Shown: piece after piece, positions 1 through 8,495 of the stretch
How the letters are laid out: each line of letters starts with the position of its first letter
How positions within the stretch are numbered: position 1 is the stretch's first letter
Virus record (IMG/VR): IMGVR_UViG_3300028399_000002
Coordinates: 1 to 52,856 of that record
Length of the DNA stretch: 52,856 bases
Direction: 5' to 3' (one strand)
Source: a virus
Lineage: Duplodnaviria > Caudoviricetes
Notes under the pieces: generated by a model
Database searches by the model: none
What the model saw: only the letters and a program-made list of their open reading frames with translations
What the model was told of the DNA's origin: nothing
Program-made: the position numbers and the translations under genes

Positions 1-127
1 ATAGATACTCTTAGGAAGGAAAATTTAGGTTGTGTTCCGCTTCCTAAAGAAGTACATGAGTTGAGATACAAGATTCACTTGGCTCTCAGAAAAAGAAAAA
101 GTAAGTCCCCTTCAGAGGTGACTCTGA
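1..127. repeat. 127-bp terminal direct repeat (copy 1; copy 2 at 52730-52856), probable circular-assembly overlap
   Basis: Exact identity of 1-127 with 52730-52856. An ORF and an intron read straight through the join, giving a 52,729-bp circle. Confidence 0.95.
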
Positions 128-252
128 AGTGCAAAGCTCCGAAATTGCGGGGAAACCCTAACGTAAAGTCGAGGGCAATCCGCAGCCAAGCCTCTGATGA
201 GGAAGGTTCAACGACTATAATGGAGCCATCTCAAGACGAGATGATGGGATAG
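1..252 (+). CDS. C-terminal part of the intron-encoded LAGLIDADG homing endonuclease (starts at 52412; 189 aa in total)
   Basis: In frame with the ORF from 52412 across the circular join; it contains the 61..252 track ORF. Confidence 0.88.
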   Translation: MDTLRKENLGCVPLPKEVHELRYKIHLALRKRKSKSPSEVTLKCKAPKLRGNPNVKSRAIRSQASDEEGSTTIMEPSQDEMMG

Positions 253-289
253 TCTGAGCTGCATGGAAACATGCAGAATAACAAAACTG

Positions 290-311
290 TTACGGTCATA
301 TCGTAAGCTAA
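290..311 (+). CDS. Exon 2 of the major capsid protein gene (T TAC GGT CAT ATC GTA AGC TAA)
   Basis: Joining ...TGG AT (52389) to base 290 restores W-I-Y-G-H-I-V-S-stop. UUAC pairs with the IGS GUAA as P10. Confidence 0.85.
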
Positions 312-319
312 CCTAAAAC

Positions 320-350
320 GGGGGGCAACTGAGTCATTCGGTTGCTCCCC
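320..350 (+). terminator. GC-rich hairpin after the capsid gene (weak terminator or processing stem)
   Basis: GGGGGGCAAC...GTTGCTCCCC stem with only a weak U-tract. Confidence 0.5.
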
Positions 351-377
351 ACTTAATAACTTTAGGAGGGTAGGTAA

Positions 378-1007
378 ATGTCTAAGTCGAGGTTTTCGGG
401 TCCGGTTCAGTCTGAGGCTGGATTCAAAATTGATGACAATACAACTGTAGCAGATAGTAGTGGTAATCTTTACCAGGCTGGTACACAGATAACGTCCTCT
501 GCGGCTGAACTTAACCTGAATGACCTTAGTGCTGTTGGTGCTTTGGTTAAGGTTAAGAAGATAGCTATTACTGCCAGTGATGGAACTGAGCAGGATAGTG
601 GATGGGACTTGCCGTCAAAGGCTATAGTTCTTGATGTGTTCCTTGAGGTTACTACTGCTGAGTCTACAGGTACTACTAAAACTTTGGATGTAGGCTTGCT
701 TTCGTCTGAGACTGGTGGCGATGCTGACGGTTTCCTTGATGGTGTAAGTACGGCTTCTACAGGGCTTGTTCGTGGTGTTGCTACAATTACTGCTGGAGCA
801 AACGAGAACTACTTCTCTTCTACTACGAGAGGCGTGCTTCTGGCTTCTCTGACTCCTGGTAGTGATGCTGCGACAGATGTTGGTACGTACTATGAGAAAT
901 ACCATCTCAGTGATTCTGTTACTGCAAAGAGTGTTTCGTATACTGCGGGATCGGCTCAGACTGAGTTTGCTGGAAATATCTACATCGTGTATATTGAGCT
1001 TGGTTAA
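378..1007 (+). CDS. Virion structural protein, probably head decoration/spike
   Basis: Directly after the capsid gene, strong RBS AGGAGG, Ser/Thr/Gly/Ala-rich beta-type sequence. Confidence 0.6.
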   Translation: MSKSRFSGPVQSEAGFKIDDNTTVADSSGNLYQAGTQITSSAAELNLNDLSAVGALVKVKKIAITASDGTEQDSGWDLPSKAIVLDVFLEVTTAESTGTTKTLDVGLLSSETGGDADGFLDGVSTASTGLVRGVATITAGANENYFSSTTRGVLLASLTPGSDAATDVGTYYEKYHLSDSVTAKSVSYTAGSAQTEFAGNIYIVYIELG

Positions 1008-1096
1008 GTGATGCTTAACAGGATCAAAATACAGCTAATAAATCTATACTATGTTTTGCTTGGTTTAATGCCGAGACTATAATCAGGAGGTGCTTT

Positions 1097-1639
1097 ATGT
1101 CAAAGTTCAGCTTTTTTGGTGTAGCTGACAAGGGAATAGACGGTAAGATTATATCTGAGTATCCTTCGTGGTATTATGACCGTCATATAGCAAATTTGGA
1201 GAACTCTATTAAGATGCGTGAGTATCATTTGGAGCGTGGTCTTGCACATCCAGAAGTGAAGCATGACATCATAGAGAGTGTTGCTCGTGACAGAAAGAAG
1301 CTTGATGAAATCAAGGCTTCTATACCTAAGCTTACTGCTGCACAGAAGGACAAGTGTTACAAGGAGTACAAGCGTATAAGTGAGGTTCTTCGGAATGCAC
1401 TTCCTTCCAGGTATGAGATGAAAGTTGGGTTGGTTGATCACCACAAAGAAGTTGCTCAGATCACTACTCCGACTTTCGAGGTTGATCTTGAGATAGCTGA
1501 GGCTTGTAATGTGAAGGTTGAAGGTGGTAAGGTAAACCGCAATCAGCTTTCAAAAATATGGAAAATTCTCGGAATGTATCTTGGCGAATATACTAACGTT
1601 GAGGTACTTCGTCGCGAGAATATGAGAAGTGTGGCGTAA
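1097..1639 (+). CDS. Hypothetical protein in the head module
   Basis: 180-aa ORF, RBS AGGAGGT, stop overlaps the next start. Confidence 0.7.
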   Translation: MSKFSFFGVADKGIDGKIISEYPSWYYDRHIANLENSIKMREYHLERGLAHPEVKHDIIESVARDRKKLDEIKASIPKLTAAQKDKCYKEYKRISEVLRNALPSRYEMKVGLVDHHKEVAQITTPTFEVDLEIAEACNVKVEGGKVNRNQLSKIWKILGMYLGEYTNVEVLRRENMRSVA

Positions 1640-2547
1640 TGGACGGAATCAGTATGTTATATAGATTGAGGGAGCTTCTCAATGAGGATGCTAACTCTAC
1701 TTTTCTTGATGACAGGACATCCTATAGTCTCCTGTATGAAGCGGCAAAGTATTTTGTGGATATTACAGGGTGTCTGAAAGCTACCCAGTCTATAACTACT
1801 GTGGCTGATCAGCAGACATATACTATAAATGCTGACTTCTTGCGCTTGTATCTCAAGAATAGCAGAAATGATTACTTTCTTGAGTACAGTGACGGGACGT
1901 CAACATATACCCTTTACTGGAAGGATTACGAAGATATAATCTTTGAGAATAATACAACTTCGGTGACTATACCGAGTCACTTTGCGATTATAGACAAGCC
2001 TACTTTGAATTCAAGGCTTACTGGTACTGTTACTGCTACAAGTGCTGCATCCGGAGGTGAAAGTACACTTACAGATTCGAGTGCTGATTTTTCAAATGTG
2101 AGTCCAGGAGATAACGTACATAATACTACAGATGGTAGTTCTGGTATTGTTCTTTCGGCAGACTCTTCAACATCTCTGACTGTAGCTTTATTCGGCGGCA
2201 CAAACAATGACTGGACTTCCGGAGATTCCTATGTCATACAGCCACAGGGTAGGTTGCAGTTGGTGCTTTCACCACCTCCTTCTCAGGCTGGACATGCTAT
2301 AACTTTGAGGTATGTTCAGAAACCTGATCCTGTATTCTCTGACTACGGGATATACAGGTTTCCAGAGGAGTACCATGAAGCACTTTGCTATTATGCTGCA
2401 TGGTTCTATAAGTACCGTGATAGAGAGCCTAATTTTGGTGATAGGCTGTATCAGCAGTTTGATTTTGCTGTTAGGAAGGCTTCAGATTCTTTGAAGCGTA
2501 CTTTTAGAAAGAGCGGTTTGAGGGTTAATTTACGTAAGAGGAATTAA
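1639..2547 (+). CDS. Head-tail adaptor protein with an inserted beta-rich domain
   Basis: Position before the nozzle; helical N-terminus (LRELLNE) and C-terminus (FPEEYHEALCYYAAW) typical of podovirus adaptors. Confidence 0.65.
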   Translation: MDGISMLYRLRELLNEDANSTFLDDRTSYSLLYEAAKYFVDITGCLKATQSITTVADQQTYTINADFLRLYLKNSRNDYFLEYSDGTSTYTLYWKDYEDIIFENNTTSVTIPSHFAIIDKPTLNSRLTGTVTATSAASGGESTLTDSSADFSNVSPGDNVHNTTDGSSGIVLSADSSTSLTVALFGGTNNDWTSGDSYVIQPQGRLQLVLSPPPSQAGHAITLRYVQKPDPVFSDYGIYRFPEEYHEALCYYAAWFYKYRDREPNFGDRLYQQFDFAVRKASDSLKRTFRKSGLRVNLRKRN

Positions 2548-2548
2548 T

Positions 2549-5500
2549 ATGGCTGATGTAAAGTGGACAAGAAAAGAAATTGCTCTTGGTGGCAGGCTTA
2601 TAACATATCTTGATCCAATCTTGATCGGCGAAAATTTTTCTTCTCTGATCAATTTGCGGTATACGGATGTCGGTATTAAGGGTATAGGTGGAATGACAAA
2701 GTATAATCCGTCTGCTCTGACTACACATCCTAAGATTAGAAACGCTTTCCACTTTGTGAAAGAGCAGCCTGCTGAAAGTCACTTTCTTGTGCAAGCTTAT
2801 AATGATGCTGAAACTGAAAGCAAAGTTTTTGAGAATACTACTGCTATCACTAACCAAGGCAATTTCTCTGCCACCGCCTTACATACGGATGCTGTAGGTG
2901 CGAGCTTAGGTAGATTCAGTAAAGGTCCTAATGGTAGTGTGATATATTGTAATGGTAAAGAGTCTATGATATGGGGTGGTAATGAGTATCGCTGTGCGGC
3001 GTTCATTAACTATGATCCCTCAGGCTCTTTCAGTTACGATTATTCGGATGTTATCAGTAATACGCTTGATGATAACGAAAATATAGCTACGCTCTATACA
3101 GGAGCTGGAGGTGTAGATTCTAATGTAATGTTGATGCTTCACTGTAATGGTACAGACGGAAGTACAACATTTACAGACGATTCTCCGACTACTCCACATA
3201 CAGTGACGGCAAACGGAAATGCTCAGATAGATACAGCTCAGAAAAAATTTGGCTCTGCTTCTGGTTTATTTGATGGTACTGGTGACTACCTTACTATACC
3301 TGATAATGCAGACTTTGATTTTAGTGGCGGTAACTTTACTATAGATATGCAAGTGAGGCTGAACTCCTTGTCTTCAAATATGGGTTTGTACTCTCAGTCG
3401 TCTGCTGGTGGTGCTGGAGCAGAGGAACACTTTCAGTTCTATGTAACATCTGCTGGAGCTCTTGTCCTCAGCATATACTCTGCTGGTACTGAAGTGGTAA
3501 ATGTTAGTACGGCAGATGGTACAATTTCGACAGGAGCGTGGTATCACGTAGAGCTTGTTGAAAGTGGTAATGACTGGTATATTTTTGTTGATGGTAAGCA
3601 GAAAGCTTATACCAGTGATACTGACCGTGCGGCTAACTATACTGGAAGTGTGTACATAGGCTGTTTGGTAACTGACCAGACAACCACTTCAGCCTATCTT
3701 GATGGCTGGCTTGATGAAATCAGGGTTTCCAATATAGCGAGACATACCTCTGAATTTGAAGCTCCTACTCAGGAGTATTCTACAACTACGTCGCAGTCTT
3801 TTTGTTATATAGGTTCTACAAGACCAATTCAAGGTTTTAAGCTTTATATAAAGACTGTTAATACAGCTTCCAGTAATATGGGTGTAAAATACTGGGATGG
3901 GTCTTCTTGGGTAGGAGTAACTAATTTTTCAGACGGAACAAAAAGTGGTGGAGTTTCGCTTGCACAGACAGGCAGTGTTACATTTGATTCAACAGACGGA
4001 ATTGCTAAAGTAAGATTTTTGAATGATGATGTTCTATATTGGTATCAAGTATATGTGGACAATGTTGCTTCTGGTACTTCTATCTACTATATAACTGTTG
4101 ATACTCCCTTTCAAGATATAAAGGATTTGTGGGATGGTGTTTATCGTGAACCTATACTGTTTAAATTTTGGGATGATAGTAACGGCAAGTTTCTCGATTT
4201 TACTCCTAATGTTGCTGAAGAAGATTATAACTCTGGCAGTTCTACTACCTATGCGCAGGTAGGGGGGTTACAAAGTTCTACTGATTATATTGTTGTAGGT
4301 TTTACTGAAAAGATTACGGGTTTAAAGTTTACTTTGCCTGACGTTGCTAACACTGTTACCGCATCTTGGATTACTGTTTATTATTGGTCGGGTTCTTCTT
4401 GGGTGAGTGTAGGTACTGTAAACGACGGTACACTTAATGGAACTAAGTCACTTGGCCAGTCTGGAGTAATTGATTGGAACCCTACAGTAGGTACAAATGA
4501 GGTAAAGAGACAGATCGAGGATAGCCCTCCGCTTTATTGCTATAAACTAACTTTCGCAAACAATTTTTCTTCTGATGTACGCATAGATTACTGTGGCGGG
4601 ATTACTGCTCCAGAAACTATAAAAGGATACAAGTTTAGTTTGTTTGCTGGTAATAGAGTTTGGCTTTGTTCTGAGACTGCTGGCAAGAAAAATTCTGTCA
4701 GGTGTTCTTCTGAATACACTACTGAAGTGTGGAATGGAGATGACACAGAAGAGTTTGAGTTCGGTGATGAGCGAGAGATTGTAGCGGCTGCTGGACTGTA
4801 TACACAGTTTGGCTCTAACTTGTATAGTGTTATTCTTTTCGCTAAGGAACACGAAATTTGGTTATTGATAGGAAACGATCCTGAAGACTGGGTGAAATAC
4901 AGATTATCTGATAGCATAGGCTGTATTGCTCCATTGACGTTGCAGGCTGTGCACTTAGGTGTAGATAAGAAGACTGGACAGAGTAAAAATGCGGTTATCT
5001 TCCAAGGATCAAACGGAATATATCTCTGTGATGGGCGTTCAATTGTCGGGATACATTCTGATATACAAGATAAGTTTGATATGCGAAATTCCAACTCGGT
5101 AAATTCTGCTAAGAAAAATATATCTAAAGCTTTCTATGACGAAATGAATCAAGAGTATCATTGGTTATGTGCTACAGGTACTTCAACAACTCTCAATGAA
5201 GAATGGGTTTATGACATAAAAAGAGGCAAGTGGTATCAAGTAGATCGCGGTTCCAACAGAGCTTTATCTTGCGGCTGTATTGCTTACGACACAGACGGAA
5301 ACACTTATAACTATGCGGCAGGCGGCGATACTGGATACGTCTTCAGACTTGAATACGGCAATAAAATGGATGAGGCAGACATAGACCACACGTTTGAAAT
5401 TGGTGATCTTGCTCTCAATAATGGATCACTTGAAGTGGAAACTATAGTGAGACGTATAAAGTTAATAATGGTAGCTAAAACTAATACATCTAACAGTGTG

Positions 5501-5719
5501 ACAGTGACACATTATGGGGATTCAAAAACTTCGGGAACCTCTTTTACTATGTCACCAGTAAAAAGTGGTTACAGGATTGCTGATCCAAACAAGGGTCACA
5601 GCTTCGGACCACATATTACACACAGATTTAAATTTCAAATTTCTACAAATAATGAGACGTGGGGATTTGAACCTTTATATTTGACCTTACTGTATAAACC
5701 AGTTAGATTAGATTATTAG
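2549..5719 (+). CDS. Tail nozzle/stabilisation protein (P22 gp10 / T7 gp12-like position) with an inserted LamG/ConA-like domain
   Basis: 1056 aa after the adaptor. LamG signature LMLHCNGTDGSTTFTD...KFGSASGLFDGTGDYL...WYHV...GWLDEIRVS; propeller-like C-terminal half (IGCIAP, GIYLCDG). Confidence 0.65.
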   Translation: MADVKWTRKEIALGGRLITYLDPILIGENFSSLINLRYTDVGIKGIGGMTKYNPSALTTHPKIRNAFHFVKEQPAESHFLVQAYNDAETESKVFENTTAITNQGNFSATALHTDAVGASLGRFSKGPNGSVIYCNGKESMIWGGNEYRCAAFINYDPSGSFSYDYSDVISNTLDDNENIATLYTGAGGVDSNVMLMLHCNGTDGSTTFTDDSPTTPHTVTANGNAQIDTAQKKFGSASGLFDGTGDYLTIPDNADFDFSGGNFTIDMQVRLNSLSSNMGLYSQSSAGGAGAEEHFQFYVTSAGALVLSIYSAGTEVVNVSTADGTISTGAWYHVELVESGNDWYIFVDGKQKAYTSDTDRAANYTGSVYIGCLVTDQTTTSAYLDGWLDEIRVSNIARHTSEFEAPTQEYSTTTSQSFCYIGSTRPIQGFKLYIKTVNTASSNMGVKYWDGSSWVGVTNFSDGTKSGGVSLAQTGSVTFDSTDGIAKVRFLNDDVLYWYQVYVDNVASGTSIYYITVDTPFQDIKDLWDGVYREPILFKFWDDSNGKFLDFTPNVAEEDYNSGSSTTYAQVGGLQSSTDYIVVGFTEKITGLKFTLPDVANTVTASWITVYYWSGSSWVSVGTVNDGTLNGTKSLGQSGVIDWNPTVGTNEVKRQIEDSPPLYCYKLTFANNFSSDVRIDYCGGITAPETIKGYKFSLFAGNRVWLCSETAGKKNSVRCSSEYTTEVWNGDDTEEFEFGDEREIVAAAGLYTQFGSNLYSVILFAKEHEIWLLIGNDPEDWVKYRLSDSIGCIAPLTLQAVHLGVDKKTGQSKNAVIFQGSNGIYLCDGRSIVGIHSDIQDKFDMRNSNSVNSAKKNISKAFYDEMNQEYHWLCATGTSTTLNEEWVYDIKRGKWYQVDRGSNRALSCGCIAYDTDGNTYNYAAGGDTGYVFRLEYGNKMDEADIDHTFEIGDLALNNGSLEVETIVRRIKLIMVAKTNTSNSVTVTHYGDSKTSGTSFTMSPVKSGYRIADPNKGHSFGPHITHRFKFQISTNNETWGFEPLYLTLLYKPVRLDY

Positions 5720-5727
5720 GGGGTAAA

Positions 5728-7011
5728 GTGATGGCAAACATAGGTAAGCTGTATCAGACTATGCTTCGTAGAAAGAGAAGGTCTGGTAGAGCTCTGTCTG
5801 AAAGAGAATTGAGAAGCCTTTATGGTGCTTGGTTGAGTGGTGAACTTGCACGTCAGGCTCAGCTTGAAGCTCAGGCTACGCGTAAAAGGGCTTTGGAGTC
5901 TGAAATAGCATTGAGGCAGCAGAAAATGAGACAGGAAAAGCGGGCTGCTAAAGTAGGAGGTTTGCTTCAGCTTGGTGGTCTTGCAACTCAAGGTTATTTA
6001 GGCTATAAGCATTTTCAGGAAGCGAGAGCCAGGCGTCTTGCTGATGAACGCATGATGCGTGAAATACTGGGTGAATCTAAGCCTGTTACCAAGACTGAAA
6101 AAGCAGCTATATCTACTCCTGAAGCTCCAGGTGCTCAAATATCTACTCCTACAGGTAGGGTACTTGAAACAGTGCCTCATACTGCCAGACTTGATGTGGA
6201 ACCTCTTACTCCTCCTATCGGTATGAGTAAACCAGTTTTTGATCCTCTCTCTACACCAGTATCGTTGCAGCCTCAAGAACTTTCTGTTCCGTTGCCTACT
6301 CCTCCTACATTGGAGATAGGTCAGTCTGTAGGTGCACAGCAGGCAACTACACAGGCTTTAACTGTTTCACCTCCAGTTATTCCAGGTGCTGAAACTGCTG
6401 CACTTGAAGCTGGTACTGCTGGTGTCGAAGCTGGTGCTGCTGCTATTGAAGCTACGGGTGCTTCGCAAGTAAACCCGCTTGCAGTTAATGTTCCTGCTGC
6501 TTTACCTATCGCTGCTGGCACTGCTATATATAGTGCTCGTGAAAAAATTGCAGAGGAACTTCCTGGCGGTTCCCGTGAATGGGGAGCTATAGGTGGTGCT
6601 ACAACCGGATATGGAATATCCTTGGCACTTGGTGTTGTTAATCCTTTTGCTACTCTTGCTTTAGTAGGTGCTGGTGCTATTGCTGGTGGTAAAGTAATCT
6701 GTACTGAGCTTAACAGACAGGGTTTGCTCCCAAATTATATATACTTCCTTGATTCTCTTTATGCAAAAGAGAAAATAGATTCTAAAGTGAAAGAGGGTTA
6801 TAGATGGTGGGGAGTGAAAGTAGTTGAGTTAATGAGGAAGTATGAAATTGTTACTAAACTTGTTGCTCCTTTTGGTAGAGCTTGGGCATATCACATGGCA
6901 AGTAAGATGGATAAGCGAATTAAGGGTAGTTGGCTTGGTGCGATACTTGAGTTTGTAGGTATCCCCGTATGTAGGGTACTTTACAGTATAAAGAAGTTTT
7001 TGGGGAGGTAA
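5728..7011 (+). CDS. Internal virion (ejection/pilot) protein with a C-terminal GGKVICTEL domain
   Basis: Position after the nozzle; Pro/Ala/Gly-rich linker and hydrophobic segments. Confidence 0.6.
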   Translation: MMANIGKLYQTMLRRKRRSGRALSERELRSLYGAWLSGELARQAQLEAQATRKRALESEIALRQQKMRQEKRAAKVGGLLQLGGLATQGYLGYKHFQEARARRLADERMMREILGESKPVTKTEKAAISTPEAPGAQISTPTGRVLETVPHTARLDVEPLTPPIGMSKPVFDPLSTPVSLQPQELSVPLPTPPTLEIGQSVGAQQATTQALTVSPPVIPGAETAALEAGTAGVEAGAAAIEATGASQVNPLAVNVPAALPIAAGTAIYSAREKIAEELPGGSREWGAIGGATTGYGISLALGVVNPFATLALVGAGAIAGGKVICTELNRQGLLPNYIYFLDSLYAKEKIDSKVKEGYRWWGVKVVELMRKYEIVTKLVAPFGRAWAYHMASKMDKRIKGSWLGAILEFVGIPVCRVLYSIKKFLGR

Positions 7012-7013
7012 TA

Positions 7014-8039
7014 ATGGGATTTCTTGAAGACTTAGGCCGTTCTGGAGCTGCAAATGTTGTAGGGCAGATTGGTGAGCTTGCTCTCGGTTTGGCCCGCGAA
7101 CGCAGGCTTGCGGCGGAATCTTCTCAGAGACAGGCTATAAACGCTTTACAGTTGCGTGAACTTATGCAGAGACAGAAGGCTATGAACAGAATCATCAATA
7201 TAAAGCTCGATCCTACATTCATGTCTCTATCTGAGCCTATACAGCAGAAGGTTCTGAAGATGTATCGGGAAGCTGGAGTTGTTGATCAGGAAGGCCGTGG
7301 ACCTGCGGGAGCTATCCTTCAGTATACGCAGTTGTGGACTCAGAATAAGGAGTTGTTCAAAGGTATTGTAATGGATGAAATCCGTGAGCGTGAAAAGCGT
7401 TTAGCCGAAGAGTTTGGCAAACTTAAAGACTTGCAGTTGAAAGGTGCTCCACAGGACAAGATCAATAAGCAGCAGGCTATTGTTGAAAAGATGCGTGCTG
7501 ATATTATGGGTATGTCTGGTAGACTTCAGGATTATCTTGCTCAGCTTGATGAACAGAGGGCTGCTATGGAGGCTCTCAAATATAAGCGGGATACTGCCCT
7601 TTTGACTGAATATGTTAAGCAGCAAGGAAGGGGTGACCCTAAAGAGTTTGAAAGGAAACTTGCCTTAAAGTTTGCGGGTGCGGGAGCTCCACCTACTGAA
7701 GCTGTGGAAGAAGCTAAGAAGGCTGTACAGATTTATACTGGCGAGACTTCACCTCCTTTGGGCGGAAATCCACCACCGTTTGGTGAATTTTTATCCGGCG
7801 ATGTTTTGCGTACTGCTGATGAAATGTTTAGAGCTACATTTGAGGAAGATAAAACTCGTAAGAAAGAGCCTATTAAAGGTAAGAAACAAGTAAAGAAGAG
7901 TAAATACGCTTCTCTCAGCGATGAAGAGCTTGAAGCAGAGATAAGGAAGTATAAAAGGATAAAGACTGTTGCTGCTGCCAAGAAATTGCGTGAACTTCTC
8001 TTTGAGAGAAGGCGCAGGAAAGGTAAGATAAGTGAATAA
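7014..8039 (+). CDS. Internal virion (ejection) protein, helical/coiled-coil
   Basis: Position, Gly-rich N-terminus, Q/E/K-rich helices. Confidence 0.55.
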   Translation: MGFLEDLGRSGAANVVGQIGELALGLARERRLAAESSQRQAINALQLRELMQRQKAMNRIINIKLDPTFMSLSEPIQQKVLKMYREAGVVDQEGRGPAGAILQYTQLWTQNKELFKGIVMDEIREREKRLAEEFGKLKDLQLKGAPQDKINKQQAIVEKMRADIMGMSGRLQDYLAQLDEQRAAMEALKYKRDTALLTEYVKQQGRGDPKEFERKLALKFAGAGAPPTEAVEEAKKAVQIYTGETSPPLGGNPPPFGEFLSGDVLRTADEMFRATFEEDKTRKKEPIKGKKQVKKSKYASLSDEELEAEIRKYKRIKTVAAAKKLRELLFERRRRKGKISE

Positions 8040-8042
8040 GCT

Positions 8043-8495
8043 ATGTGGTGTTTTAGAGATAACTTACTTGAGTTTATAAAATCCTTTGAGAAATTTAAAG
8101 CAGAAGCTTATCTTCCTACCAAGAATGATGTTTGGACGATAGGTTATGGTTTTACGGAAGGAGTGAAGAAAGGAGATACTATAACCAGGAAGGAAGCGGA
8201 TAAGCGCTTAAAGAAGGAACTTAAGCGTTACAGGAAAGCTCTAAGGAAGATAGTTAAAATCAGATTGAAGTCCTATCAAGAAGATGCTCTTGTAAGTCTT
8301 GTTTACAATGTTGGTATTGCGGCTTTCAAGAGATCGAAAGCTCTAAAATACTTAAACGAAGGTAGTATAGACAAGTTTTTGGAAGAAGCCTTCTCTGAGA
8401 AAAAAGGTTTTGTGTTCCAGAAAGGTAAGAGGTTAAAAGGTTTGGTAAGGCGGAGGGCCGCAGAACGTAAAATATTTATAGAAGGTTGGAAGTAA
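8043..8495 (+). CDS. Lysozyme, glycoside hydrolase family 24
   Basis: FEKFKAEAY...DVWTIGYG catalytic region, ALVSLVYNVG, GLVRRRAAE. Confidence 0.92.
   Translation: MWCFRDNLLEFIKSFEKFKAEAYLPTKNDVWTIGYGFTEGVKKGDTITRKEADKRLKKELKRYRKALRKIVKIRLKSYQEDALVSLVYNVGIAAFKRSKALKYLNEGSIDKFLEEAFSEKKGFVFQKGKRLKGLVRRRAAERKIFIEGWK

Larger units (their letters stand above)
1..289 (+). ncRNA. Group I intron in the major capsid gene, 3' part with the catalytic core (5' part at 52390-52729)
   Basis: IGS GTAAGTCC (101-108); P2 TTCAGAG-GTGA-CTCTGAA; P3 GCTCC/GGAGC; P element AAATTGCGGGGAA; Q AATCCGCAGC; R GTTCAACGACTA; S GGATAGTCT; P9 CTGCATG-GAAA-CATGCAG; terminal G at 289. Confidence 0.93.

Noticed and set aside
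1-127. 127-bp end repeat as a biological terminal repeat
   Set aside because: It falls inside a continuous ORF and intron, and 127 is a common assembler k-mer length, so it is best read as circular overlap.
61-252. 63-aa ORF as an independent gene
   Set aside because: It is the in-frame tail of the LAGLIDADG ORF starting at 52412.
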